Below are positions 38,769-52,144 of a DNA stretch of 64,000 nucleotides, piece by piece; position 1 is the stretch's first letter, and the number at the start of each line of letters is the position of its first letter. Origin of the DNA: Octopus vulgaris. Its lineage: Eukaryota. The DNA lies in NCBI GenBank assembly GCA_951406725.2, contig OX597836.1, positions 40,920,001 to 40,984,000 on the forward strand. The letters run 5' to 3'. Position numbers and translations under genes: made by a program. The notes under the pieces are model-generated. The model ran no database searches, was not told the DNA's origin, and was given only the letters and a program-made list of their open reading frames with translations.

Positions 38769-40217
38769 CACTCACATCTATATATACATACACAAAGAAC
38801 ATTTAATATATATACACACACACACACATCTATATCATATACATGCACAGAATATTTAATATATATATATATACACTTACATCTATATATACATGCACAA
38901 AGAACATTTAATATATATATGTATATATATATGAGAGAGGGGGAGAGACGAGAAATTATAATATATATGTATATATACACTCACATCTATATCATATACA
39001 TGCACAGAGTATTTAATATATATATATATGTGTATATATATACTCACATATCATTTACATGCACAAAGAGCATTTAATATATATATGTGTGTGTGTATAT
39101 ATATGAGAGGGAGAGACGAGAAATTTAATATATATATTTGTGTATATGTATATATACACTCCTATGTCATATACATGTACAAAGAACATTTAATATATAT
39201 GTGTATATATATATATATACACACTCACATCTATGTCATACATGCACAAAGAACAGTTAATATATATATATAGATGTGTGTATATAGAAATTATATATAT
39301 ATATATATGAGTGAGAGGTAGACAAGAAATTTATATATATATATATATATATATATATGTTTGTGTATGTATACATACACTCACATCTATATCATATACA
39401 TGCACAAAGAACATTTAATATGTATGTGTGTGTGTATATATAAATTATATATATATATGAGTGAGAGGGAGAGACGAGAAATTTGATATATATATATGTG
39501 TGTATGTATATATACATGCACAAAGAATATTTAATATATATGTGTGTTTGTAGATAGCTTTATATAACATTCTCTAGTGTTATATAGTGTTATAGTGTCT
39601 AATAGTCTAATGTATATATATTAAATTTCTCTTCTCTCCCTCTCACTCATATGTATATATAATTTATATATACACATATATATATGTATGTATCTATATA
39701 TATTCGATCTTTCTTGTCTATATCAAACCATGCTCTTATAATATGTATATATATACATGCACAAATAATATTTAATATATATATATATATATATATAGTG
39801 TGTTTGTAGATAGCTTTGTATAGCATTCTCTAGTGTTATATTGCATTAGTGTGTCTAATGTGTGTATATATATATATATTAAATTTCTCGTCTCTCCCTC
39901 TCACTCATATATATATATAATTTATATATACACATACATAAATATTCGATCTGTCTTGTCTATATCTAACCATGCTCTTATAATATGTATATATACACTC
40001 ACATCTATATCATATACATGCACGTATATATATATAGTGTTTATAGATATATATATGTTTGTAGATAGCTTTGTATAGCATTCTCTAGTGTTATATGCAT
40101 TAGTGTGTCTAATGTGTATATATATAAATCCTTAAAACCCTTAAAAATGTTTTAGCCCGAAGGCCGCGGCCATGCTGGGGCACCACCGCTGTAGATAGCT
40201 TTATATAACATTCTCTA

Positions 40218-40265
<48 letters not shown>

Positions 40266-40390
40266 TTTCTCGTCTCGCCCTCTCACTCATATATATAATT
40301 TATATATACACATACATATGTGTATATATATATATATATATACATACATATATAATGTATATATTCGATCTGTTTTGTCTATATCTGCCT
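38530..40390. repeat. Compound AT-rich satellite with direct and inverted subunits
   Basis: Recurring CACTCACATCTATATCATATACATGCACAAAGAACATTTAA; GAGAGGGAGAGACGAGAAATT block in both orientations. Confidence 0.85.
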
Positions 40391-40797
40391 CTAGAATCTA
40401 ATTTGTTCTTTTCAATGTCTAATGTTCCTCTCTCTGTTTCCATGTATCTCTAATCTGCTTCTCTCTCTATATATCTGATCTCTCTCTCTCTCAAGCTTTG
40501 TCTATATCTAATCTCTCTCTTTCTCTCTGCACACACACACACATTTAATGTTCCTCTATAATTCTTTGTATATTTAATTTGCATCTCCACAAATATGTCC
40601 CTCCGCTCTCGCTCCCTCCCTCTCTCTCCCTCTCTCCATATCTATCTATCCATTTATCCACCCGTCTACCTTCTCAATCTTTATCAATATCTATATTTAT
40701 GCATCTAAAAACTACCCGTGTTTCTCCTATTTATTTGTCCCTTGTCTGTGTCTGTAACCTACCCCTCTCTTTCAGTGTCTCCATCACATTCACTTTC

Positions 40798-40799
<2 letters not shown>

Positions 40800-40847
<48 letters not shown>

Positions 40848-41237
40848 CACACACACACATATATATACACACATATATATATACACACATATATATACAC
40901 ACACACATATATATACGCACACACATATATATACGCACACACATATATATATATATATATATACATACACACACACACATATATATATATACATACACAC
41001 ACATATATATATACACACACACATATATATACACACACATATATATACACACACATATATATACACACACACATATATACACACACACATATATATACAC
41101 ACATATATATACACACACATATATATACACACACATATATACACACATATATATATACACACATATATATATATACACACATATATATACACATATATAT
41201 ATATACATACACACATATATTCGATCTGTCTTCTCTC

Positions 41238-41281
<44 letters not shown>

Positions 41282-41296
41282 CACACACACACACAT
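40800..41296. repeat. Compound (TA)n(CA)n microsatellite just before the Pumilio acceptor
   Basis: Direct reading. Confidence 0.95.
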
Positions 41297-41366
41297 CTCA
41301 TGTATTTATGTATCTAAGTCTTTTTTTTTTAATTTCAGACTTGAGAAATGATATAATGAACCCCGG

Positions 41367-41726
41367 ATGCCCATTTTAAATATGTCCTCTGAAGTAGCCT
41401 GGGACACCACTAACCGTGGTATGTTGACAAACGGTGGTCACCACAGTGGTGGCCATCACTCTGGTGGTCAGCATCAACACCATCATCATCATCACCATCA
41501 TAATCCACAGCAACATCAACACCAGCAGCAGCAGCAACATCACGGTGGTGGTGGCGGCGGCGGCGGTGGTCAAGATATGAGCGGGATGCGACAACATGGC
41601 ATGGCTAGTCGTTCTCAAGACGATGCCAGAGTTGGTTATTTCTTCCAGAGACCTCAGACCGATGCCGAATTGGCCAACTACGGCAACAAACGTTGGGCTG
41701 CAGGTGACGACAGCCTTATCGAACAG
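41367..41726 (+). CDS. PUM: Pumilio (PUF family RNA-binding protein), first coding exon found; exon begins at 41339
   Basis: Poly-T plus ttcag acceptor; RSQDDARVGYFFQR and KRWAAGDD correspond to the conserved Pumilio N-terminal motifs (RSQDDAMVDYFFQR and HRWPTGD in vertebrate PUM1); His/Gln/Gly tracts; donor CAG|gttcgt (phase 0). Start could be 41367 or 41382. Confidence 0.9.
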
Positions 41727-42474
41727 GTTCGTGTTCCTCTCTCCTTGTTCTCCTTAGACGTCTTCCTGGTTTCGAACCCCCGCCCCCTAAGTCACCGACC
41801 CTTGTATCGTTACCTATTGTAGTTTTCATTTCGAAAAAATCTATTTGTTTTGTTATCTAATTGTTATAACAGTTTATTTCTTACATAGACATCAGGAAAC
41901 GGTGTGGTGGTGGTGGGGCGATGCTAATAGAAATTACAAATTATTACTTAATTAGTAACACTGAATAATAATAATAATAATAATCGCTTCTACTAAAGAC
42001 AAAGCCTGAAATTTGGTGGGGTTTGGGACTAGTTCATTCCATCGACTCAGTGTTTCACTGGTAAATAATATTAATTATAATAATAATAAAAAATCTACAC
42101 CCATGCGGACACAGATAAACTTTGGGGGAATGCCAATAGTTTATTAATACTATGTGAAACAATTGTTTAATAACTTCGAATAATATATATATATATCTAT
42201 ACATGTATGTACACACATCAAATTAAAGGCATCTACACAAATCTTCATATTACTGAGTACATGGCAGATAAATACTTTCTCTGTGTGAATCATCTCGTGC
42301 AGAATTTATTAAGACTACTGTATATATATATATATGTCTTGTACTGTATAAACACATACATACATATGTATATACACACTCACACACACGCAGAACATAC
42401 ATGGAAGTAGATGTCAAATCAAGGTTTATCTCCCTGCATGTATATAAGATGTCCAGTGTATATAAGCACTGTCC

Positions 42475-42514
<40 letters not shown>

Positions 42515-42920
42515 CCTATCACACAGACTAGCATTCTATTCTCATCGTATATATTTATGTATAATTAAGCAGTCTTGCTCCTCATAAGATAAAAAGTTTT
42601 GTGCATGTATATATATATATATATATACGCACATAGATGGCTAACGTAACTAATGTGTATATTATAATCTGTAATATTGCTCTTTTTCCAATAAATATAA
42701 TTATTTGTGCAAACTACCTCCAGTATTTGATTATATATATATACACACACACACACTGACACAATCTTTGTGTATATATAATGCATTAAAATATTTGACT
42801 CTACTAGTTTACGGCAAATACCATCCCTGTACATTATAACATTTTCCAAGTTAATTGTCTTATATATTTATTGGCCGGCGAGATGTACGTATAATATAAT
42901 ATAATAAAATTTTGTTTCAG

Positions 42921-42986
42921 GGTCGTGGAATGACTGTACAGGACTTGGAAAGGGAGTTCCATGCTGTCAGTTTAAGCCAGAGGGAG
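42921..42986 (+). CDS. PUM: Pumilio, 66-nt coding exon (GRGMTVQDLEREFHAVSLSQRE)
   Basis: ttttgtttcag acceptor and GAG|gtacgt donor; phase 0-0; peptide resembles PUM1 SMDELNHDFQALAL, which directly follows the RWPTGD motif. Confidence 0.85.
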
Positions 42987-43197
42987 GTACGTATATATAT
43001 TTATTTATATTATTATTTTTGTTGGACAATTTAGCTCTAGGTCAGAAATCGACATTTTGATCACGAAAGAATTATTTTTTTGTTTGTTTTTGTTTTGGTT
43101 AATGACGATTTCGTATTCTCCCGGTCCCCCTTCAGACACCGCCTCTCTCTCCTACCATTCCTAAGATCACAACACATTTTTTTTTTATTTAAAAGAC

Positions 43198-43773
43198 TGG
43201 AGTGTAAGTTTCGAGGAGTGGGTCTTTAGCGGCTGTTTCTAGCACGTCGATGGAGTGTAACTTCGAGGAGTGGGTCTTTAGCGGCTGTTTCTAGCACGTC
43301 GATGGAGTGCAAGTTCGAGGAGTGGGTCTTTAGCGGCTGTTTCTAGCACGTCGATGGAGTGTAAGTTCGAGGAGTGGGTCTTTAGCGGCTGTTTCTAGCA
43401 CGTCGATGGAGTGTAAGTTTCGAGGAGTGAGTCTTTAGCGGCTGTTTCTAGCACGTCGATGGACTGTAAGTTCGAGGAGTGGGACTTTAGCGGCTGTTTC
43501 TAGCACGTCGATGGAGTGTAAGTTCGAGGAGTGGGTCTTTAGCGGCTGTTTCTAGCACGTCGATGGAGTGTAAGTTTCGAGGAGTGGGTCTTTAGCGGCT
43601 GTTTCTAGCACGTCGATGGACTGTAAGTTTCGAGGAGTGGGTCTTTAGCGGCTGTTTCTAGCACGTCGATGGAGTGTAAGTTCGAGGAGTGGGTCTTTAG
43701 CGGCTGTTTCTAGCACGTCGATGGACTGTAAGTTCGAGGAGTGGGTCTTTAGCGGCTGTTTCTAGCACGTCGA
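43198..43773. repeat. Minisatellite, 52-53 bp x 11
   Basis: Unit TGGAGTGTAAGTT(T)CGAGGAGTGGGTCTTTAGCGGCTGTTTCTAGCACGTCGA; copies nearly identical. Confidence 0.95.
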
Positions 43774-43852
43774 TCAACCACATAAGACACCGTCATGTGT
43801 TGAAAAACTCGATCTTAGAAACATCTACAACGTGTGTGTGTGTGTATATATG

Positions 43853-43896
<44 letters not shown>

Positions 43897-44550
43897 TGTG
43901 TGTGTATATTCATATAAAATTTACACATACATTCACTTTCATATCTTTCTTCCTGAGATACTTATAAGTCTTAACTCAGATGTAGAGTAGTGATGTATGT
44001 GTGTGTGAGTGTATATATGTATATATATATATATATATTATTATATAATGTAGTAGTTTAGCCGAGCTCTACTCAATTTCTTCCCCTTAGTTCGTTTAGT
44101 CGTCCATTTTTAAACGTAACATTAGTTATCGTATTTTCACACCCTCGTGCATTGTGGTGTCTGCTGGAGTTGTCTATGCGTATCTCTAGTATATATATCT
44201 ATATACTGTATGTGTGTGTGTATGATAGATCATGTTCGTAGCCTCGGCATATAATGTATATAATTGCTATCAGTTCTATTTACCGTCTCCATTGACATTC
44301 GGATGACCACAGCTACTACAGTTGTTACTTACTAATGGTGGGCACTTGAGGTTTCACCGTGTATGTGTATTAACTACAGCGATCACTGTGTGTGTGTGTG
44401 TGTGCGCGTGTGTATATATATATATATATATATATACATACACGCACACACACATGGCGGAGGTAAAGAATACGTACACGGACCCTTTTCGGCGTAACGA
44501 AAACCTCTTACCCTAAAAACACAGTGTGTACGTATTATTTACTTTCGCCC

Positions 44551-44582
<32 letters not shown>

Positions 44583-45435
44583 CTCAAAGCGTGTATATTT
44601 ATATTTTTTCATAATCGGTAGATGCTAGTGGCTTAAGAACGGGAGTTTCGTGTGTTGGCCTTGTCAATTACACGAAATTTTCGGCTCTTGTTACACTGTA
44701 ATTTCTGACTATTATGAAAGTGTGTGTCTGCTTATATGTAAAGATACTTAGGAAAAACAAAACAAAAAAACCCCCCAAAAAAGCAGTTTAACATAAAAAC
44801 CGGAACATATTTTAACTTTTTACAAAGGAAAAAAAGGTTGTTACAGTGACTTAGAAGGTTTTGGCTTGCTTTGCCTTTATCAGCACACTGTGTGTGAGGA
44901 TATATATATATATATTTATATATTATGTATGTGTGCAGGATATTTTTTTTTGCTAGTCATTTATTATTTTGACCATCAGTACCACTACAGCAGGCATTTA
45001 ATGGTGTTAATATAGTATAATATACTAAGTTTAACGGTAATACTAACCACGCTCTCAAACAAAAGGTTACACACACACACACGCGCGCGCACACGCACAC
45101 TACTACACGCTGCCGACTCACTCATACTTGTCTCCCCTTCCCGCCCTCTTTCTCGTATCTGTCTTCCCGTTTACCTCCCTCTCGCTGTCACTACTGCTAC
45201 CACCACGTTGCTGTAAAGTGAACTCCCCTTCACTCACTCACTCGCTTACTCTCGGCACCAGAAAGTCTTTCGTTGTGTTGTAGCCTTGATTTTTTTTTAT
45301 ATAATTTTTTTTTTTATTTTCCCCGTACTTAAAAAATGCTTGTTTAGTTGTCCGATAAAAAAGTCCCCATATATAATTCGGAAACCTCTCCACGATTGTG
45401 ACTCGAAACCGGAGTGTCTGAGATTATATATATAT

Positions 45436-45486
<51 letters not shown>

Positions 45487-46072
45487 GTCGACTTCAGATT
45501 GAGGGTGGCGGGTAGTAGGATGTTTTGTCGGTCGAGTGTGGTGCGCGCGGTTTAATTTAAGGTGGCGGGGTGGACTACAGAACGTGAGAAAAATTAATTT
45601 AACACTATTAGTACGTGTGTATATATATATATATACACACGCACGCACATGCAGCAAACCATGTATGTTAAAAGTATCTAGTTTATTCGCTCCGAGCTCC
45701 TAGGTCTTCTAATATATTACACATTACCGTTAAAGCACAACTATATATATACATATATTTATATAAAAAATAGGCTTCTCAGTATTTTGTGATTAAGTTA
45801 ACGATCGATTTTTAAGACCTGGGAATGAATAATCAACCTGGTTTTTTTTTTTTTTTTTTTAGTCATTCAGTTATTCGTCATACAAATAAATACACACGTA
45901 CACAATAGTTATTGTTCAATTAACTAATCATTATAAAAACTTGATTAGTTACTTTCAATTACGTTCAGTCGTCCACACACACACACACTATATATATATA
46001 AAAATAAATGCAGTGTCTATTTTTTCTTTTTTGAATAATTCCACAGCAGTTACAACTCTGTGGTAACGAGGG

Positions 46073-46103
<31 letters not shown>

Positions 46104-47444
46104 GTGATAGAGGGTATATATATAATATATATATATATAGTGATAGAAAGCTTTGGAGCACATGGAACAAGGTTTCAAGCTCGAGGTGAAAACGGCCTTT
46201 TTGCCCCTCCCCCACATCCATTGAGATTGTATTTTCTTTATATTTTCTCTCCTTTTTTTTTTTATAATGGGTCTCTTACTAATTTTTACCTTAGCGCCAT
46301 TTTAATTGCATCGATTTTACGGTGTCTGTCCTTGTTAATCTCTGTGTGTGTGTGTGTCTCTGTGTCTGTCTGACCCTCTTAGCAACTCGTCTATAAACGT
46401 TGATAGGTTTTTCAAAATGTAGTAAATCGATACGATTAGAGTGTATGATGTATATTGAAGCATGTCTGTTAATTTCGTCTGGAGGTGCCGACAAGGTGTT
46501 GTAAATGAAATTGTCGCTTAAAAACGAAAAGCAAATTATAGATACGAGGAAATTTTTTTCATGTTAACATTGTCAAACAATCAGCAAGATTTCTATTATG
46601 TAATAAAAACCAATTTAAAAAAAAAATTATTTTCGGGGATTTTTTGCTCCGAAACAAATTTCGAAATAAAAAATAAATTGTTCCCTTTGCGTATGCAAAA
46701 GTATGCAGTGAAGGTATAATTTTAAAAAAAATGTCACGGTAGGAATGTCTTTAAAAAGAAATGGCATTAAAGATTTAAGGAAAACAATGTTTTTTTTTCG
46801 TCTGGTGTTCAAAACATCGTTATGGAAAAAGCAACTAAACCCTTGTTTGTAACAAAATTTTAAAATAATTGAGAAAATAAAATTGGTAAATTTACTAAAG
46901 GGAATCGTAATCTTTAAAACCAGGAGACTTTAATATCCTCGGAACTGTTTTTGTGTGCGCAAAAGGAAAACAGACTTAGAATAGGATTGCTCCTTTTTTT
47001 TATTTATTTTTTTTTTTTTGGAAAAATTTTGTTTCAGAGCTTGAATCCCAGGCTATCGCTCCTTAAATTATGCACAAACAGGAATTGGTGCCACAACACT
47101 ACAATATCTCCTGTTGTCTATATTTCTGAGCTTACATTCTTTTGAACGTCAGTAGTATTGTGTGCGTGTATATATATATATATATGGCTGGCTATTTCTA
47201 CTGGTGTGTGTATATATATATATATATATTATCTGTCAACTGATGTTGGTGTGTTTACATCCCCGTAAGCTAGCGGTTCTGCAAAATGGCCGATAAAATG
47301 AGAATAAGTCCTGGGGTAGATTTCTATGACTAAAACCCTTCAAAGCAGTGCTCCAGCATGGCCACAGTTAAATGACTGAAACAAGTAAAAGAATATTAAC
47401 TCTTGCTATGCTTAATATTACTTGTAAAACCGAGTATGCTTTAA

Positions 47445-47831
47445 CCCTTTTGTTACCAACCCGGCTGAAACCGGCTCTTGCTCTGAGTACAAATGTCTTG
47501 TTTTTATAAGTTCTGAATTAAAATCTTCCACCAAACCTTAGTCACAATTTATGGTCCTAACACCAGCTGAATGATAACTAAGTTATTTTACTAAATTCTT
47601 TGTTATATTTAACCCTTTTGTTACCAACCCAGCTGAAACCGGCTCTGGCTCTGTAGTAATAAATGTCTTGTTTTCATAAGTTTTGTATTAAAATCTTCCA
47701 AACCTTAGTCACAATTTATGTCCCTAACACCAGCTGAATGATAACTAAGTTATTTTACTAAATTCTTTGTTATATCTAAAGTAATTCATAGTAACACAGG
47801 GCATCTCAAAATAAATGCGGTAACGAATGGG
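47445..47831. mobile_element. piggyBac-like MITE, one partial plus one complete copy
   Basis: TTAA-CCCTTTTGTTAC ... GTAACGAATGGG-TTAA; the second copy starts at the internal TTAA 47609-47612. Confidence 0.85.
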
Positions 47832-48304
47832 TTAAGCATATTCCATGCAACATTCACATAGTATCTTTTGTAAATTAACATTATATAAAAAACACACAAA
47901 CTCTATTCATTGTAGTCCTACTTAATATCTTACAGTTTGTATACTGTAATCTACCCAGTATGTCTTTTAAATTAACTCCACCTTGAATAGTTTCAGTATT
48001 CCTGATTTAAGATAACGCCTTGCCATCATTTAATGTCTGCTCTTCCATTCTTGTATGAATCGGAGGGAATTTTCTTTGGTGTTATGCCCTTCCTGTTACC
48101 ATTCTTTACCTGTTTCCAAGCAAGGTAATATTTCTCCCATAGCCAGACAAGTTTCTCACAGAAGATGGGAAGCATTTGTATGATCTTCATATACAGCCAT
48201 CACATAGTGTCAATGATGAGCGCACTCACAAACACACAGATATATATATATATATACACACACACGTACACAAAATACACATATATAAACAAACACACAT
48301 ATAC

Positions 48305-48534
48305 TTATTTCTTTATTAGCCAAAGGGGCTAAACATAGAGGGGACAAACAAGGACAGACATAGGTATTAGTCGATTACATCGACCCCAGTGCGTAACTGG
48401 TACTTAATTTATCGACCCCGAAAGGATGAAAGGCAAAGTCGACCTCGGCGGAATTTGAACTCACAACGTAACGGCAGACGAAATACCGCTAAGCATTTCG
48501 CCCGGTGCGCTAACGTTTCTGCCAGCTCGCCGCC
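48305..48534 (-). mobile_element. SINE family B monomer
   Basis: Full-length family match. Confidence 0.87.
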
Positions 48535-51500
48535 TGTATACCTATATACACACACACACATACATACAGTTCACAACCTTAATAATAATAATAATAATCA
48601 TCATCATCTCTGAAAAATAATGAAATATTAGTTGATTTAATCCTGTCCAGTACTTTAGTTGGGTACTTATTTTGTTGGTCTCTTTTGCTGATAGAAACTG
48701 GTTGTCTCACAGTTAGCTCTCTCTTCCAAATTTACTCACAGAGCTTGAATCATTCAGGGCCAAGTGTTAGAGGATGCTTGTTGAAGTACTGAACCTAAAA
48801 TCACATTGTTACAAAACCAGCTTCTTTAACTCTTTAGCTTTCAGATTCTGTTAGATGTAATGTATGTTTAATGTGATTGTTTTGAATTAATCGTGCATTA
48901 TTTTGTGACTTTGAGATTTCAGTGATGTGGTTATTTTCAGAATGACATTGTAGGGTAGATGTGAGAGGCCAGTTTGAACATAAAACAGAATATTTTGGCT
49001 GGCCAGTGCCGCCTTGACTGGCTTCCATGCCGGTGGCATGTAAAAAGCACCAACCAATCGTGGCCGTTGCCAGCCTCCCCTGGCACCTGTGCCGGTGGCA
49101 TGTAAAAAGCACCATCTGTATGTGCCGGTGCCAGCGCCGCCTTGACTGGCTTCTGTGCTGGTGGCATGTAAAAAGTACCAACCGATCGTGGCCGTTGCCA
49201 GCCTCCCCTGGCACCTGTACCGGTGGCATGTAAAAGCACCAACTGATCGTGGCCTTTGCCAGCCTTCTCTGGCACCTGTACCGGTGGCATGTAAAAGCAC
49301 CAACTGATCGTGGCCTTTGCCAGCCTTCTCTGGCACCTGTGCCAGTGGCACGTTAAAAGCACCCACTACACTCACCGAGTGGTTGGCGTTAGGAAGGGCA
49401 TCCAGCTGTAGAAACACTGCCAGATCAGACTGGAGCCTGGTGCAGCCTTCTGGCTTCACAGGTCCCGGTTGAAACGTCCAACCCATGCTAACATGGAAAA
49501 CGGACGTTAAACGATGATGATGATGATATGGCCAGTTTAAATGCCAAAAGGTTAATTACACAGCCATGCCTACACCTATCTGTGTTAACTATTTTATTAG
49601 GATTTCGTTTTTTCTATTGTTTCCCCGTTACCCGTTGTATAGCCTCATGTCATTCCTGATTGAGCATACCTGCATGCTGTGTAGTATCATGTCCTGCTAT
49701 TTGAGCAGACCTCTAGCACAACACCCGCTGTGTGCTTTGTAGCCTCGTGTTATACCTGATTGTGAAAATCTCTAGCAGGATACCCTCTGCATTTTGTGTA
49801 GCCTCATGTCATGCCTGATTGAGTAGACCTCTATCACCACACCCACTGCATGTTGTGTAAGTCTCTGGCCAGCTCCAATTGAACAGCCTTCTATCACACA
49901 AGTAATTGCCTGTACTTATGACTGGGCATGACTCCCACTGCATGTAATAGAGCCTGCTGCTCTTCTGAGGACTGTCACTCAAATTTTAAAATTAGTCAGT
50001 TTGTTAGTGAAACAGTTTCTAACTACCAATTTGGAACAATTAAACAAACGTGAAGCAGTAGCCTCTTGTAGTATCCAGTGTTGGTAGGTGGGTGACTAGT
50101 GGTTTATGTTTAAAGATTATGATTTTGACTCATTTTCTTAAAGCTTATTCATTGTGAATATTCTGCAATTTGTTAGACCTAGGTTTTTTTTTTTTTGTCC
50201 TAATTTTTAATAGGTTTGAATTAAATACTGCAATCATTGCATGTGTTGCCAGCAGCTGTAGTTTTCCCTTGAGTTTATATTATTGATAAGTTATGCATTA
50301 GTAGCAGTTGGTGTAGCTATTATTATGCATGGGATATATAATCTATGCCTGTCTGTGTAAGGTGAATAATGGACAAGTCCAATATTGGATTGATTCACAA
50401 ATCTGTTTAAATATTGATTTCTTTTAAAATTATAGTAATATAGGTGGGATATAAACCAGGAAAATTACTGCAGATGTTTAGCCCTAGACTATATAAGTTT
50501 GGCTCTGGTAACAAGCTTGCTGCCCAACCACATAGTCCTGGGTTCAGTCCCACTGTGTGGAACCTTGGTCAAGCGTCTTGTATATCCTTGGTCTAACTAA
50601 AGCTTTGAGGGGATTTGTTAGACAAAAACTGAAAGACGCTCGCCGTGTGTGTGTATTTGTATGTATATATGTATGTATATCATCATCATCGTTTAGCGTC
50701 CGTTAAACGATGATGATGTATGCATATGTATGTATGTATATATATATATATATATATATAATGTGTGTGTTTGTACCCCCTGCCATTGCTTAATCGCTGC
50801 TGGTGTGTTTATGTCCCTGTAACTCAGTGGGCTCAGCAAAAGAGAGTGATAGAATAAGTACTAGGCTTATAAAAAATAAGTCTTGGGGTTGATTTCTTTG
50901 GTGGTGCCCCAGCATGACTGGGGTCAAATGACTGAAACAAGTAAAAAAAAATAATAAACGGTCGGTTTGATTTCTGGTGGTCAGGGATGTCTTAGAGCAA
51001 GACATTTTTTTTCATGTTGCCATCAGTCTTTGTAACTGGCAAAAATGTATCTGTAATTCAAAGGGCCAGCCTTGTCACATAGTGTTACACGGAATCATCC
51101 TGAAAATTATGTGAAGCGTAAGCATATCTGTGGAGCGCTCAGCCACTTGCACGTTAATTTCATGAGCAGGCTTCCCTGTTGATCGGATCAACTGGAACCC
51201 TCATCGTTGTAACCAAAAGCGCCAGTATATGTAAATATTCCAGCTGTGATCTTTGAATAATATGAGCCTGAATTATAGCCATAGGTTTTTTGTTAAAGAC
51301 AGTAAAGGGAAGATGGTCCTAGATTGTAATATAAGAGGATCCCTTATTTTTGTCCTTAGGTTAACTTTAGTTGAGCCTGATGAGATTTGGACAGAATATG
51401 AAGAGATTTTGACAGTTCATCTAGTTATGTGCCTGTGTGTGTATGTGATCCTGATCAACTAACCAGCTTTGTGATCATTCATGTTCCAGTCCCGCCCCAG

Positions 51501-51576
51501 TTTTTTCTTTTGAACATTTGTGGAATTTGAGGTAGATTTTGGTACTATATCTACTAAGTCAGATGATAGTGTAGAG

Positions 51577-52144
51577 CAGTGTTTCTCAACCATTTTTACC
51601 TATGGATCCCTTTTATTCCTATTCTACTCAGATGACTTGACTTGAGACAGCATTCACCCGGGGTGGGTTGAGCTGGCTTCATTCATCCTCAATGCTGCAT
51701 CTCTCACAAACGCTGATCAGGCCTGGCAATTTGAGGCTAACGACCGTGTGATCTCCAACCACTCCTTATTCCAGCAGCAAACGCTGTAGATTTCGGGGCC
51801 TTGGTTGGGTTCGAGATCAGCCTTGACTGTCATCAGCCAGGTTTTTCATTGTCCACCACATTGCTTTCGCCAACCCTGAAGGGGAGCTGGAGCAATTGCT
51901 TCGTAGATGAGTTCTCCTGGTTGACGACGGAGGGCATGACCCAGCCAACGCAGTCGTCTCGTTCAAATATTCCTCCTCTACTCAGATGGACCCTCCTAGC
52001 CATTCAATGTTTAAAAAAGTCATATACTTCTATAATTAAACATTAGGAATGTATAAAGAAAATGAAAATTTTTTTATTGTAAATGTATTAACCAATTGCA
52101 GATAAATTTTAAAATCTTATGTGGACCCCAGTTGAGAATCACTG
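51577..52144. mobile_element. hAT/Charlie-like MITE
   Basis: TIRs CAGTGTTTCTCAAC / GTTGAGAATCACTG; 8-bp TSD gtgtagag / atgtagag. Confidence 0.85.
51635..51976 (-). mobile_element. RTE-clade LINE 3' fragment with 12-bp TSD, inside a hAT MITE
   Basis: RRLRWLGHALRR..GW..GGQ.KTW; (AAGTC)n-like tail; TSD tctactcagatg at 51623-51634 and 51977-51988. Confidence 0.85.

Noticed and set aside
43198-43773. CRISPR-like regular array
   Set aside because: There are no unique spacers and no cas genes, and the context is eukaryotic; this is a plain minisatellite.
46462-46520. Alternative Pumilio first coding exon starting MSVNFVW
   Set aside because: Similarity to PUM1 is only three residues and the donor is weak.
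51370-51410. CTGATGA as a hammerhead core (also at 28924, 31045 and 54665)
   Set aside because: No stem II followed by GAAA and no stem I partner.
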